DNA of 64,000 nucleotides from Nitrospirota bacterium (GCA_963749655.1 CAVVOB010000019.1:64001-128000), one strand, 5' to 3'; positions 22,559-33,923 are shown, counted from the first letter of the stretch. Notes: generated by a model not told the origin, from the letters alone. Translations and numbers: made by a program.

Positions 22559-25500
22559 ATGCATCACGCCGATTTCGTCCACCTTCACCTGCACACCGAA
22601 TACAGCCTGCTGGACGGCGCCAACTCCCTTGATGCCCTGATCAAAAAAGCAATCGACCTGCACATGCCCGCCATCGCGGTCACCGACCACGGCAACCTCT
22701 TCGGCGCCCTCGACTTCTACCTCAAGGCCACGAAGGCCGGCATCAAGCCCATCATCGGCTGCGAAATGTACGTGGCGCCGGGCTCGCGCTTCGAAAAAAC
22801 CGGCACTGCCAGCCAGCACGACGAGAGCTTCTACCACCTCATCCTCCTTGCCCGGAACCAGGCGGGCTACAAGAACCTCGTCAAGCTCGTAACCAAAGCC
22901 TATCTAGAAGGTTTCTATTACAAACCCCGGATAGACAAAGAGCTGCTCAGGCAACACAGCGAAGGCCTCATCGGCATGTCTGCCTGCCTGTCCGGCGAGG
23001 TCCCCCGGCTCCTGCTGCAGGGCAGGTATGATGATGCTAAAAAGGCTGCACTCACCTATCAAGAAATCCTCGGACCGGAAAACTTCTATTTCGAGCTCCA
23101 GGACAACGGCATTCCCGAACAGGAACTGGCAAACAAAGATCTGATCCGCCTCTCGAAGGACACGGGCATTCCCCTCGTTGCCACCAACGACTGCCACTAT
23201 CTGAACAAGGAAGACCACAAGTCCCACGATGCCCTGCTCTGCATCCAGACCGGCAAGACCGTGAAGGACGAAAACCGCATGAGGTTCTCGTCCGAGACGT
23301 TCTACGTCAAGTCGCCGGAGGAGATGAAGAAGGCTTTTGCCCACGTGCCCGAGGCGATCTCGAACACCGTCGCCATTGCCGAGCGCTGCAATCTGCAGCT
23401 CGAACTGGGCAAGTACCATCTGCCCCACTTCCCCGTGCCTGAAGGCTATACCCGCGAGGCCTACATGTCCGAGCTGGCCAGGAAAGGGCTCGAAGAGAGG
23501 TTCGTCGAGATCGAGGCCGTGCGCGGCCAGGGCAGCATCGACCGCGAGGCCTACAAAAAGCGGCTGGAATCCGAGATCGCGATGCTCGAGAAGATGGGCT
23601 TTGCCGGATACTTCCTGATCGTCTGGGACTTCATCCGCTACGCCAAGGAGCACGGCATCCCCGTGGGCCCCGGCCGCGGATCTGCCGCCGGGAGCCTCGT
23701 GGCCTATTCGCTCAGGATCACGGACCTCGACCCGATCCCCTACAATCTCCTGTTCGAGCGCTTCCTGAACCCCGAACGCATCAGCATGCCTGATATCGAC
23801 GTGGACTTCTGCATGGACCGGCGCGACGAGGTGTTCCGGTACGTCATCGAAAAATACGGCCAGGACCATGTGACCCAGATCATCACCTACGGCACCATGC
23901 TCGCCAAGGGCGTGATCCGCGACGTGGGCCGGGTGCTCGACATCCCCTACTCGGAAGTGGACAAGGTCGCCAAGCTCGTGCCGAACACCCTCGGCATCAC
24001 CCTCGAAAAGGCCATGGAGCAGGAGCCGAAGTTCAAGGAGCTCCGGAAGGACCCCCGCATGGCCGAGCTGATCGAGATCGCCCTGCACCTCGAAGGCCAG
24101 GTGCGGCACGCGTCGAAGCATGCGGCCGGCGTGGTCATCTCCCAGGAGCCGCTCACCGAGTATCTTCCCCTGTTCAAGACGCCGAAGGACGAGATCACGA
24201 CCCAGTTCGACATGAAGGGCGTGGAAAAGATCGGCCTGGTGAAGTTCGACTTCCTCGGCCTCCGCACCCTGACGGTCATCGACAAGGCCGTCAAGACGAT
24301 CAACGAGCGCCTTGCAGCCGCGCCCCTGGCAAAGGACGAACGGTTCTCCATCAGCCGCATCTCGCTCGACGATCCGAAGACCTATGAGCTGCTGTCCCGC
24401 GGCGAGACCGCCGGCGTGTTCCAGCTCGAATCGTCGGGCATGCGCGATATCGTGATCAAGATGAAGCCCCAGTGCTTCGAGGACCTGATCGCCCTCGTGG
24501 CCCTCTACCGGCCGGGACCTCTCCAGAGCGGCATGGTCGACGACTTCATCAAGCGCAAGAAAGGCGCGACCAAGATCACCTACGAGCTGCCCGAGCTCGA
24601 GCCGATCCTGAAGGACACCTACGGCGTCATCGTGTACCAGGAGCAGGTGATGCAGATCTCCCGCACCCTGGCAGGCTATTCCCTGGGCGGGGCGGACCTG
24701 CTCCGCCGCGCCATGGGAAAGAAGGACCCCGAGGTCATGGCCAAGGAAAAGGTCCCCTTCCTGAAGGGGGCGGAAAAGCAGGGCATCAACCTGAAAAAGG
24801 CCGAAGCCATCTTCGACCTCATGGCGAAGTTCGCCGAGTACGGGTTCAACAAGTCCCACAGCGCGGCCTATGCCCTCGTTTCCTACCAGACGGCGTACCT
24901 CAAGGCCCACTACCCCGTCGACTACATGGCCTCCCTGCTCACGAGCGAAGTCCAGGACACGGACAAGATCGTTAAGTACATCTTTGAAATACGCCAGATG
25001 GGCATCGACATCCTTCCGCCTGACGTGAACCGGAGCATGTGGGACTTTACCGTGGTGGAGGCCCACGACCGCGCGGTTGTCGAACCGGGCAGCACGATCG
25101 GCTCGATCCGCTTCGGCCTGGCCGCGGTCAAGAACGTGGGCATATCGGCCATCGAGGCCATTGTGGAAGCGCGGGAGCAGAAAGGTCCCTTCACCTCCGT
25201 CTCGGATTTCTGCCGCAAGGTCGACCAGCGAAGGGTCAATCGCCGGGTGATCGAAGCCCTGATCAAGTGCGGGGCCATGGACTTCACGGGCTCGCGTCGG
25301 GCGCAGATGATGGAAGGCCTCGACATGGTCATCGACCAGGGGGGAAAACACCAGGAGCAGGAGGCCATCGGCCAGTTCAGCATTTTCGACTCCCTGGAAG
25401 GCCAGAAGGACATTACCCTGCCTGATGTGCCGGAATGGAAGGAGAGTCAGCTCCTTGCCTTTGAAAAAGAAAGCGTCGGCTTCTACATCAGCGGCCACCC

Positions 25501-26074
25501 GCTCGCGGCCTTCGAGGCGGACATCAAGCGCTACGCCACTGCCACGACGGAGACCCTCGAGAGCATCGCCGACGGCAAGGAAGTCACCATCTGCGGCATC
25601 ATCGCCGGGCTCAAGCCCAAGATAACGAAAAAAGGCGACAAAATGGCGATCCTGAACCTCGAAGACCTCTACGGCACCGTGGAAACCATCGTCTTCCCCG
25701 ATCTCTATAAAACGGCGCAGCACATGCTCCTCACCGACACGCCCCTGATCGTGGCGGGCCAGCTCGACAAGAGCGAACAGGGCAACAAGATCAAGGCCGT
25801 ACGCCTTCACCTGCTGAGCGAGGTGAAGAAAAAGGGCACGACGCGCATGGACATCACGATGAGCGCGACCGGCCTTACCCAGGACGACCTGCTCAAGGTG
25901 AAGACCATCCTGCTGCGCTACCAGGGTGCCATCCCCGTCTATCTCCGGATCCAGAACCCGACGCGCAAGGACTCCGTCATTTCCGTGGGCCGGGACATCC
26001 GCGTCAATCCCAGCGAAACGCTCATCAGCGAGATCGAATCCGTCCTCGGCGCAGGATCCGTTTCCCTGACCTGA
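22559..26074 (+). CDS. dnaE: DNA polymerase III alpha subunit
   Basis: FVHLHLHTEYSLLDG PHP domain, GPGRGSAAGS, MPDIDVDF, GFNKSHSAAY, OB fold. Confidence 0.99.
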   Translation: MHHADFVHLHLHTEYSLLDGANSLDALIKKAIDLHMPAIAVTDHGNLFGALDFYLKATKAGIKPIIGCEMYVAPGSRFEKTGTASQHDESFYHLILLARNQAGYKNLVKLVTKAYLEGFYYKPRIDKELLRQHSEGLIGMSACLSGEVPRLLLQGRYDDAKKAALTYQEILGPENFYFELQDNGIPEQELANKDLIRLSKDTGIPLVATNDCHYLNKEDHKSHDALLCIQTGKTVKDENRMRFSSETFYVKSPEEMKKAFAHVPEAISNTVAIAERCNLQLELGKYHLPHFPVPEGYTREAYMSELARKGLEERFVEIEAVRGQGSIDREAYKKRLESEIAMLEKMGFAGYFLIVWDFIRYAKEHGIPVGPGRGSAAGSLVAYSLRITDLDPIPYNLLFERFLNPERISMPDIDVDFCMDRRDEVFRYVIEKYGQDHVTQIITYGTMLAKGVIRDVGRVLDIPYSEVDKVAKLVPNTLGITLEKAMEQEPKFKELRKDPRMAELIEIALHLEGQVRHASKHAAGVVISQEPLTEYLPLFKTPKDEITTQFDMKGVEKIGLVKFDFLGLRTLTVIDKAVKTINERLAAAPLAKDERFSISRISLDDPKTYELLSRGETAGVFQLESSGMRDIVIKMKPQCFEDLIALVALYRPGPLQSGMVDDFIKRKKGATKITYELPELEPILKDTYGVIVYQEQVMQISRTLAGYSLGGADLLRRAMGKKDPEVMAKEKVPFLKGAEKQGINLKKAEAIFDLMAKFAEYGFNKSHSAAYALVSYQTAYLKAHYPVDYMASLLTSEVQDTDKIVKYIFEIRQMGIDILPPDVNRSMWDFTVVEAHDRAVVEPGSTIGSIRFGLAAVKNVGISAIEAIVEAREQKGPFTSVSDFCRKVDQRRVNRRVIEALIKCGAMDFTGSRRAQMMEGLDMVIDQGGKHQEQEAIGQFSIFDSLEGQKDITLPDVPEWKESQLLAFEKESVGFYISGHPLAAFEADIKRYATATTETLESIADGKEVTICGIIAGLKPKITKKGDKMAILNLEDLYGTVETIVFPDLYKTAQHMLLTDTPLIVAGQLDKSEQGNKIKAVRLHLLSEVKKKGTTRMDITMSATGLTQDDLLKVKTILLRYQGAIPVYLRIQNPTRKDSVISVGRDIRVNPSETLISEIESVLGAGSVSLT

Positions 26075-26200
26075 CCGCTCGCCTCATCCCTTGCCGGTTC
26101 CTACGCTGATGCAAAACCCATCCCCGGCCTTTTCCGGCCTGCCCTGCCCTCCTGTGATAAACTTGAATCAGGAATTGCCGACAGAGGGAGGTAGTTTGCC

Positions 26201-27220
26201 ATGAAGAAGAACGAACTTGAAGCCACGGCCAGCGCCCTTGTTTCAAAGGGCAAAGGTCTGCTTGCGGCTGATGAAAGTTTTCCCACCATCGAGAAACGTT
26301 TTAACGCACTCAACATAAAATCAACGGAAGAAAGCCGCAGGTCCTATCGCGGGCTGCTGTTTACGACCAACGGCATAGAGGCCGGCATCAGCGGCGTCAT
26401 CCTGTTCGATGAAACCATTCGCCAAAAAGCCGATGACGGTACGCTGTTCGTCGATCTCCTGAAAAGAAAAGACATCATTCCGGGCATCAAGGTCGACAAG
26501 GGCACAGTGAACATGCCCGCCTTTCCCGGCGAAAAAATCACCGCAGGCCTTGACGGACTGCGCGAGCGGCTGGCTGAGTATCGCAGCCTCGGCGCACAAT
26601 TCACGAAATGGCGGGCAGTCATCTCAATCGGCGACGGAATCCCGACGCGTGCCAACCTACGGGCCAATGCCCATGGACTGGCTGTCTTTGCCGCGCTGTC
26701 CCAGGAAGCGGGACTCGTGCCCGTGGTAGAGCCCGAAGTCTTGATGGACGGCAACCATGACATCAAGCGGTGCGAAGAGGTCACCCTGGCGGCGCTTGAA
26801 GAAGTTTTTTCCAGCCTCCATGAGTACCGTGTGGCCCTCGAAGGCATGCTGCTCAAGCCTGCGATGATCCTGCCGGGCAAAGGGGCGATGAAACAGGCCC
26901 GGCCGGAGGAGATTGCCGAGCGGACCATTACAACTCTGCGCAGGGTCGTGCCCGCTGCTGTTCCCGGCATCGTGTTCCTGTCAGGAGGACAAAGCCCGGA
27001 GCAGGCAACGAACAACCTGAATGCCATGAACATACTCGGCCCCCATCCCTGGGAAGTCAGCTTCTCCTTCGGACGGGCGCTGCAGGAGCCTGCGCTCAGC
27101 ACCTGGAAAGGTTCGGAAGCCAATGGCGCGGCAGCACAGCGGCTGTTCAAGCATCGCGTACTATGCAACAGCAAGGCACGGTTCGGAGACTATACGGAAG
27201 AGTTGGAAAAGGCCGCTTAG
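26201..27220 (+). CDS. Class I fructose-bisphosphate aldolase
   Basis: GKGLLAADES, GIKVDKG, FTKWRAV, PVVEPEV, FLSGGQ, FSFGRALQ. Confidence 0.96.
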   Translation: MKKNELEATASALVSKGKGLLAADESFPTIEKRFNALNIKSTEESRRSYRGLLFTTNGIEAGISGVILFDETIRQKADDGTLFVDLLKRKDIIPGIKVDKGTVNMPAFPGEKITAGLDGLRERLAEYRSLGAQFTKWRAVISIGDGIPTRANLRANAHGLAVFAALSQEAGLVPVVEPEVLMDGNHDIKRCEEVTLAALEEVFSSLHEYRVALEGMLLKPAMILPGKGAMKQARPEEIAERTITTLRRVVPAAVPGIVFLSGGQSPEQATNNLNAMNILGPHPWEVSFSFGRALQEPALSTWKGSEANGAAAQRLFKHRVLCNSKARFGDYTEELEKAA

Positions 27221-27236
27221 AATGCCGACGGACGTG

Positions 27237-27328
27237 AACCGCGAAGGCGCGAAGGTCGCGAGGAAACCTAAAGGCAACGAAGAATTCCTCTGTTTTGAAA
27301 CCCTTTGCGACCTTCGCGCCTTCGCGGA
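27237..27328. repeat. Palindromic element with 9-nt periodic arms
   Basis: cgcgaagg cgcgaagg tcgcgagg ... ctttgcga ccttcgcg ccttcgcgg. Confidence 0.75.
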
Positions 27329-27452
27329 AAATTGCGCTTGATTTGGCATTGACCGCGCTGCTCGTTGTTTACGACGGGTATTTTTTTCTTGATACCCGGG
27401 CCTTGAGTGGTATAGTATCCGGGCTTCACATGACCGCAGGGAAGGGAAGACC

Positions 27453-27827
27453 GTGTACGTGAAAAAATTCCAGGACCTGGAAAACTTCACCTCCGACGAC
27501 GTACGCGCGGCCCTGTTGCGGGATGATCCTGAAGAGCTCGTCCTGGTCGCCATCACGATCGCCCTGGCATCGCCGGATTTCCCCTTTGCCCAGGAGGTCT
27601 GCAGAAGGCTCAGCATGCACCCTGACGGCCTGATCCGCGGCAACGCACTCGCCAGTCTGGGGCATCTGGCCAGGCGTTTTCGGGACCTCGACGAAGAGGC
27701 AGTCAAGCCTCTTGTCGAGGCCGCCCTCCAGGACCCCGATGCCTACGTGCGCATGAATGCAAAGTCTGCGGCCGACGAGATCCACCAGTTCCTTCACTGG
27801 TCCATTGCCGGGCATGTCTACGGGTAA
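27453..27827 (+). CDS. HEAT-repeat-like small protein
   Basis: HPDGLIRGNALASLG and DPDAYVRMNAKSA repeats; TATAGT -10 at 27411-27416. Confidence 0.7.
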   Translation: MYVKKFQDLENFTSDDVRAALLRDDPEELVLVAITIALASPDFPFAQEVCRRLSMHPDGLIRGNALASLGHLARRFRDLDEEAVKPLVEAALQDPDAYVRMNAKSAADEIHQFLHWSIAGHVYG

Positions 27828-27876
27828 GAAACCGGCCCCTCATCTGCCCACTCCATCACAGCAGGAAAGGATCACT

Positions 27877-28557
27877 ATGACGTTTTCAGACCAGCTTCGC
27901 AGCCGCCTCGAACAATATGCCCTCATCTCCCTTGAAAAGCAGGACCGGCTTGACCTGCTTCTGGGCGATCATCTGCACGAGCTCGATCTGGACAAGGGCG
28001 TGATCCGGTGCAACGACTACGAATTCACGATGCAGGTGATCGGGACCGAATCGGACAATACCCTCACCTGGCTCTGGGCTTGGGCCGACGAACAGACAGA
28101 GGAGCTCCCTCAGAACCTGCTGGATGCGTCGCTCCAGCTGCAGGACTGGGGCCGGAGCGAAACAGTGCCGGAATTCACGATCCCTTCCCTTGACCTTGAC
28201 CGCGCCGACGGCCACACGGTTTCGCTGGTTGCCGCCCACGTCTGCAGCGCGAGCTGTTTTTACCGGGAAGTCTTCGAGGGGGGGGCCGTGTACATCCTGC
28301 TCTTCGACAACAGGATCGATGCGCAGTTTCCCTTTGATCGTGAGCGCCTGCTGCGCAGCCTTCGCGATCTCTTTTCCCGGTACGAACTCAATCACCGCCA
28401 TGCGGTGATATCCTACCTTCAGCTGAAAGGGCTGCCCTTCTCAGAATCCGGTCCTTCCATCACCTTCTTCCTGCAGTCACGGGAGCAGCTCCGGCTCGAA
28501 TTCGATCCCCAGGGGATATTGACATCCGTTGACGGCGCCCCGTTTTCGCTTGTTTGA
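27877..28557 (+). CDS. Conserved hypothetical protein (DUF6882-like)
   Basis: QVIGTES...TWLWAWA motif. Confidence 0.65.
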   Translation: MTFSDQLRSRLEQYALISLEKQDRLDLLLGDHLHELDLDKGVIRCNDYEFTMQVIGTESDNTLTWLWAWADEQTEELPQNLLDASLQLQDWGRSETVPEFTIPSLDLDRADGHTVSLVAAHVCSASCFYREVFEGGAVYILLFDNRIDAQFPFDRERLLRSLRDLFSRYELNHRHAVISYLQLKGLPFSESGPSITFFLQSREQLRLEFDPQGILTSVDGAPFSLV

Positions 28558-28821
28558 TTCATGACCGGAAAAAATCCAAGAGTAATTCACCACGGATGAA
28601 CAGGGATAAATTCCGGAGTGAATGATGACCTTGCAGCTCAGTGCGGGGGGGGGGACCGAAGACGTTGTGATCTCAACAGACGATCGGGGCTTCTGCCGGA
28701 CTGGGTTGGGAACCTTAACGGGGCTACGACGCTGATTCGACATGCTGCACAATCACAAACTGAAACATGCCTCTGAGTTTACATTTTTCCCGAATTCATC
28801 CCTGGTTCCAACCGTTGCCGC

Positions 28822-30582
28822 TCAAGGCAGGACATCGTTCACGGGACGGGTCTTGTTTAACTCCGGCAGCGGGGCTTGCTCGGCAGTCAGGGGCAGATAG
28901 ATCTCGAACGTCGTTCCTTTTCCCACCGTGCTCTCCACTCTGATCTCGCCGCCATGGCCTTTCACGATGCCGTAGGCCGTTGCCAGCCCGAGTCCCGTGC
29001 CCTTGCCTGCCGGCTTTGTCGTGAAGAAGGGATCGAAGATCCTGTCCATGTTCTCGCGGGAAATACCGGCGCCGGTGTCGGCCACGGTGAGGACTGCGTA
29101 GTCCCCTGCCGGAAGGAACGGATACTGGGCATTCTCTCCCCCGCTGATCCGTCTCCGGTCCGTCGAGATCGTCAGGGTGCCTCCGTTCGGCATGGCGTCC
29201 ATGGCATTCATCGCGAGATTGGCGATCACCTGTTCGATATGAATGCCGTCCCCCCGGATGTCGGGCATATCAGGGCGGAGCACGATAGGGGCTGTTATGT
29301 TCCGGTCGATGAAGGTCCGGCCGAGGAGCTCTGCGGCGTCCTTTACCACGTCGTTCAAATTGACCGGCACCAGCTCCAGCCGCTCCTTGCGGGCAAAGCT
29401 CAGCAGCTTCGACACCATCTGGTGAGAGCGACGGGCCGCGTTTTCGATGGTCGTTACCCGTTCCTTGCCGAACTCATCGCCTGAAAGGCGCCGGCGCAAA
29501 ACTTCCGTATGGCTCAGGATCGCAGTGAGGACGTTGTTGAAGTCGTGGGCAATGCCTCCCGCGAGGACCCCCAGGGATTCCATTTTCTGGGACTGAAGCA
29601 CCTGCTCGCGGAGTTTCATCTTCTCGGTGATGTCCCGGTAGAACGACTGGATGTGTGCCGTCCCGCCGATGTCGATCGCCCGGGAGCTGATCTCGAAACA
29701 GATGCGGCTGCCCTCCTTGCGATAATGTTCGGCCTCGTACACCAGCGATTCGCCGTTCATGATTTTCTGCAAACGTTCATCAACCTCGCCTTTGCGCTGT
29801 TCGATCTCGATCAGACGGATGTTCGTTCCGACGGCGGATTCGCGGTCAAAGCCGTGGAGTTCGCAGAAACGGTGGTTCACATCGGTTATGTTCCCGCTTC
29901 GGTCCAGGACGGCGATCCCGTCGTGGGCGTGGTCGAAGAGTGCACGGTATTTCTGCTCAGTAATCGCAAGCGCTCCCGCTTTCTCGGTGACGAGGGTCTC
30001 AAGCTCGCGCTTGTCGTCGGAAAGTTCGGCCCTGAGCTGCAATTCCGAAAGCAGCAGCTTCTGGTTGCTGTACCGGAGCAGGAGCCCGATGACGAACATG
30101 GAAATCAGGAAGGCATTGTTGCTGACGAACACGCCGCTCGTGACGTTCTCGGTCAGAAAGATGGGAACCGCATAGATGGTGTAGACGATGCCCACCAGGA
30201 GGAACGACAGCGCCATCCCCATGGGCGCGAAACCCAGGCAGCAGATCGTCAGGATCATCATGGCCGCGTAATAGACCGAGTTCTGGCCGCCGCTCTGCAG
30301 GACTGCGAGCTCGACCGTGACGGCGCTGAGCGTGGCGCCGATGGCGGCGATGCTGTACTGGTAAAGCTTGTTCCGGTGCAGTTTGTTCAGAAAATACAGC
30401 ATGACCAGGATTACGGCGATGACCAGACGGTACATCATGAAACGCATGAACAAATGGGGGGAAACGAAATAGTCCATGAATTCCAGGACAGGGAACAGCA
30501 CAGCGCCCATGAGAAGGATTGTCCCTATCCAGGTTTGCGTCAGGCGGCTCAAATGGTCTTCAGGCGAGAAATGCCGGTCCAT
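28822..30582 (-). CDS. Membrane-bound PAS sensor histidine kinase
   Basis: N-terminal TM helices, [15 protein letters not shown]-box, [20 protein letters not shown]. Confidence 0.94.
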   Translation of the reverse strand: MDRHFSPEDHLSRLTQTWIGTILLMGAVLFPVLEFMDYFVSPHLFMRFMMYRLVIAVILVMLYFLNKLHRNKLYQYSIAAIGATLSAVTVELAVLQSGGQNSVYYAAMMILTICCLGFAPMGMALSFLLVGIVYTIYAVPIFLTENVTSGVFVSNNAFLISMFVIGLLLRYSNQKLLLSELQLRAELSDDKRELETLVTEKAGALAITEQKYRALFDHAHDGIAVLDRSGNITDVNHRFCELHGFDRESAVGTNIRLIEIEQRKGEVDERLQKIMNGESLVYEAEHYRKEGSRICFEISSRAIDIGGTAHIQSFYRDITEKMKLREQVLQSQKMESLGVLAGGIAHDFNNVLTAILSHTEVLRRRLSGDEFGKERVTTIENAARRSHQMVSKLLSFARKERLELVPVNLNDVVKDAAELLGRTFIDRNITAPIVLRPDMPDIRGDGIHIEQVIANLAMNAMDAMPNGGTLTISTDRRRISGGENAQYPFLPAGDYAVLTVADTGAGISRENMDRIFDPFFTTKPAGKGTGLGLATAYGIVKGHGGEIRVESTVGKGTTFEIYLPLTAEQAPLPELNKTRPVNDVLP

Positions 30583-30657
30583 GAGGGAATTATAGCACTG
30601 GAATTATTGCAGTATCAACTATTTTTTGGAGACCGTCCGAACATGGGCTGGTAAGTC

Positions 30658-30818
30658 TGCATAGGTCAGAGCGCATGGTGCATAGCGAACCTGCGTAAAG
30701 AAGAGGAAAGTGCAGAGGGTTATGCCCCATTCTCTATGCTCTATGCCCCATGCTCCATGCCCCATGCTTTATGCGCCATGCTCTCTGCCCCATGCCCCAT
30801 GCTCCATGCCCTCTGCTC
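30658..30818. repeat. Inverted degenerate 7-mer tandem arrays
   Basis: ctatgct ctatgcc ccatgct ccatgcc ccatgct ttatgcg ccatgct... preceded by gcatagg..gcatggt gcatagc. Confidence 0.85.
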
Positions 30819-30925
30819 CCGAAACCCGCGGCTTGACACATGCGATGATTCGCGGTATGCTGGCGCACCTGGGAAGATGAAAAACTCTTCCGCGGAGAGA
30901 ACAGCGTCACTGTCGGGAGAATATC

Positions 30926-31750
30926 ATGTCTTTGTTGAACAACCTTGAGCGGAAATTCCGCCGCTATGCAATTACGAACGTAACCCTCTATCTCATTCTG
31001 GGCCAGGTGCTCTTTTTTGTGTTCGTCCTGTCAGGCCGTTTTATCCTCGATCGGGTCGTGCTGGTCCCCGACCGGGTCCTTGCCGGCGAGTGGTGGCGGC
31101 TCATCACGTTCCTGTTCATCCCGCCCATGACGAACCCTATATTCGCATTCTTCGCCTGGTACATGTTCTACCTCATGGGCGGAGCGCTTGAAGGCCACTG
31201 GGGGGCCTTCCGGTACAATCTCTTCCTGCTCGTCGGGTATATCGTGACCGTGGCGGTGACCTTTCTCTTTCCCTACTCCGCGGCCACGAACGTCTTCATC
31301 GGCGGTTCGGTGTTCCTGGCCTTTGCATATCTCTATCCCGAGTTCCAGCTTTATATCTTCTTCATTCTGCCCGTCAAGATCAAGTGGCTTGCGCTCCTTA
31401 CCTGGCTCGGTTATGCCTATGAGATGTTCGTTGGAGACTGGCACACGCGCGTGCTCGTTCTTGCTTCGATCAGCAATTTTCTCCTGTTCTTCGGCAGTGA
31501 CATTTACTGGAAAATGAAGACCGGAAAGCGTACCATGACCGCCCAGGCAAGCCGGTTCACGGAAAAGAAGCAGCCCTTCCATACCTGCGCTGTCTGCGGC
31601 AAGACCGACCTCTCGGACCCCCGGATGGAGTTTCGCTATTGCTCCGACTGCAACGGCCTCGGATACTGCAAGGACCATATTTTCAACCACGAACATGCCC
31701 GGAATAAAGCCAAGCAAGAAATCCGGACAAGCGGGGCCTTCATCTCCTAG
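30926..31750 (+). CDS. Rhomboid-like membrane protein with C-terminal Cys/His zinc-finger
   Basis: GEWWRLITFLFIP, several TMs, HTCAVC..FRYCSDC...YCKDH; promoter TTGACA-17-TATGCT at 30833-30861. Confidence 0.8.
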   Translation: MSLLNNLERKFRRYAITNVTLYLILGQVLFFVFVLSGRFILDRVVLVPDRVLAGEWWRLITFLFIPPMTNPIFAFFAWYMFYLMGGALEGHWGAFRYNLFLLVGYIVTVAVTFLFPYSAATNVFIGGSVFLAFAYLYPEFQLYIFFILPVKIKWLALLTWLGYAYEMFVGDWHTRVLVLASISNFLLFFGSDIYWKMKTGKRTMTAQASRFTEKKQPFHTCAVCGKTDLSDPRMEFRYCSDCNGLGYCKDHIFNHEHARNKAKQEIRTSGAFIS

Positions 31751-33092
31751 CGCTGGACCGCGGTGCACTGGCGTCGACTGACGTCAGAGCGAAGCTCCTA
31801 CGACACGCCGATTCAGAATGAACTCCCATTGCCACGCTGATCGCCGACGTTACGGCATCTTCATGGAGCCCGAAGCCGAAGTGGCTGCCGCAGTAATAGG
31901 TATTGTTCCTCCCGTTGAGCGATGGAAGTTCCCCGATGGTCCTGCAGGAATTGAAATCGAAGAGGGGCGTCCTGAACACCTTCTCGAACACGATGAGGTC
32001 TTTCGCGATCGGGAAATTCGGGTGCTGCGTGCTGATGAGATCGCATGATTTCGAAACGCCGGGGAGCACCCACAGGGAACCGCTGATCGACGTCTCGATA
32101 TACCTGCCCTTCTCCTGATACAGGCAGGTGTACCCTTCCATTAAGCGCTTTGCAGGAAAACGCGAGTGGTCCCGGTGGACCACGATCCTTCCTTCCGTGT
32201 ATCTCCAGGCTCCAAGCAGCCTTTGTTCGTCATCACTCGCCTCTTCCAAAAGCGCAAGCGCCTGGTCCGCATTACAGGCGAATACGACCTTGTCGAACCG
32301 CATCACCCTGCCGTCTTCCCTGCAGACCTGCACAGCGTCCCTGCGCCTCGCGATCGAGACGATCTTCGCATTCAGCATGATGCTGTCCCGGAACGGATCG
32401 GACAGGGCCTGCACGTAGCTGTTGGTGCCGTGCTTCGCGAACCGGACGGAAAAGAGGGCGCGGGGCGGCATCAGGTCGTTATAGTGGTTTAATTTTTCGA
32501 TAAAGAAGGCGGCCGGCGCGGCAAGCACGTCGTCGCAGTGCATGGACGATATCAGGCAGAGACAGCTTATGAAAATCAGTTTCGCGTCTCCCCTGATAAG
32601 GGGGATTCTATCGAAGGTTTGTTCAACAGTCAGTCCTTTGAGACTTCCCTGCTGCAACAATGCCTGCGCCCTTTTCAAGCCTCCTGCGAGCTCCAGCAGG
32701 CTCTTGATGCGGCCGGGTTTCAGGATGTCCAGTTTCTGCGCAGCCAATCCCCTGATCCCCGGCGTAAGGAAGATCCCTCTATTCGTATCGAGGTTGCAGA
32801 AACCCGCGCCCAGCCCGGACAAATCGAGGGGATTCATCCGGAGAGAGCTCACCGATTCTACATGCAATTTTCTGAAAAGCCTGAAAAGGTTTTTGTAAGA
32901 CCATCTCCCGAAGACCGCAGCCGCAATGTCGACATTCCCATAGGGCGTTGCCAGCGTATAGGCATTGCCGCCGAGCCTGTCGGACTTTTCGAATAACGTG
33001 ACGTCGTACTTCCGGTGCAGCAGATAGGCCGCGGTCAGGCCCGCTACGCCGCCGCCGATGACGGCGATCTTTCCGTTCAAATTGTCTTTCAT
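31740..33092 (-). CDS. FAD-dependent oxidoreductase (amine-oxidase-like)
   Basis: IAVIGGGVAGL, RLGG, YYCGSHFGFGLHEDAVTSA. Confidence 0.85.
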   Translation of the reverse strand: MKDNLNGKIAVIGGGVAGLTAAYLLHRKYDVTLFEKSDRLGGNAYTLATPYGNVDIAAAVFGRWSYKNLFRLFRKLHVESVSSLRMNPLDLSGLGAGFCNLDTNRGIFLTPGIRGLAAQKLDILKPGRIKSLLELAGGLKRAQALLQQGSLKGLTVEQTFDRIPLIRGDAKLIFISCLCLISSMHCDDVLAAPAAFFIEKLNHYNDLMPPRALFSVRFAKHGTNSYVQALSDPFRDSIMLNAKIVSIARRRDAVQVCREDGRVMRFDKVVFACNADQALALLEEASDDEQRLLGAWRYTEGRIVVHRDHSRFPAKRLMEGYTCLYQEKGRYIETSISGSLWVLPGVSKSCDLISTQHPNFPIAKDLIVFEKVFRTPLFDFNSCRTIGELPSLNGRNNTYYCGSHFGFGLHEDAVTSAISVAMGVHSESACRRSFALTSVDASAPRSSARR

Positions 33093-33212
33093 GGTGACCG
33101 GCTTCTGTTAAATGGTAAACGCGGATCGCAATGCCATCATGGCATGAGCGATGCAAGCATCAATAAACAAGGTACTGCTGCAGTCCCTGTTCCGTTCCTG
33201 GAAGATTTGCGA

Positions 33213-33923
33213 TCACCAGCCCAACTGCAGCTTGGTGATTTTCATGTACCCCCTGATCTGCTCGATTGCGTTCGGTTCCATTTCCTGGAAGAGCACGCCA
33301 AAACCGGCGGGAAGATCCTTGCGCTGCCTTTTGCCGCTGTTGACCCAGTTGACCTGCGCTTCGCACTCGATGAGATTCGAACCGTTTCGAGGAAGGAAAA
33401 ACTTCAAGAAAAGACGGTCTCCCGGCGCGACTTCCCGAACAGATCCAACAAACATCCCACTGATGCTGATATCCTCGATGGCTCCGTAAAAGGTCTCGGC
33501 GCCGATCGTGCACGCTACGACTGCGCGGCAGAGCATGCGTTCCGCTTCCAGTTCTGTTTCTGATATGAGCGAGAGCCCTGTTTCGAGAAATTCCCGTTTA
33601 TCGACCGGTTTGCCGACGACAGCGTCGCATCCGGCGTCCCGGCTGAAGAGGGCCTCCTCGCTGGAAGTGTTGCAGACCATCACGACCGGGACCCCGCTCA
33701 GTTTGGGATCGGCTTTCAATGATTTGCAGCACGATATGCCGCCCATGCCGTGCAGGTTGTAAGACAGGTAGATAAGGTTGGGCAGGACTTTTCGGGCGAT
33801 CTTCAGGGTCTCGTCGCTGTCTGAAGCGGTGAACAGAACGGCATCGGAGTCCTGCAGGTATCTCTTTTCGATCTGAAGAACGATACTGGAACTTTCGGCA
33901 AGGAGGATCTTCGGCTTGGACAT
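33213..33923 (-). CDS. Atypical receiver domain + PilZ domain protein
   Basis: REC fold with degenerate acidic pocket (LAESS, YLS); DISISGMF and GFGV.F PilZ motifs. Confidence 0.85.
   Translation of the reverse strand: MSKPKILLAESSSIVLQIEKRYLQDSDAVLFTASDSDETLKIARKVLPNLIYLSYNLHGMGGISCCKSLKADPKLSGVPVVMVCNTSSEEALFSRDAGCDAVVGKPVDKREFLETGLSLISETELEAERMLCRAVVACTIGAETFYGAIEDISISGMFVGSVREVAPGDRLFLKFFLPRNGSNLIECEAQVNWVNSGKRQRKDLPAGFGVLFQEMEPNAIEQIRGYMKITKLQLGW

Noticed and set aside
22904-25810. 968-aa antisense ORF, and similar long antisense ORFs over rel, mltD and the kinase
   Set aside because: Shadow ORFs caused by GC-rich codon bias on the opposite strand of clear genes; no recognisable motifs.
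30736-30948. ORFs translating the 7-mer arrays (MLYAPCSMPHAL..., also the N-terminus of 794-1216)
   Set aside because: Products of the tandem repeat, not credible proteins.
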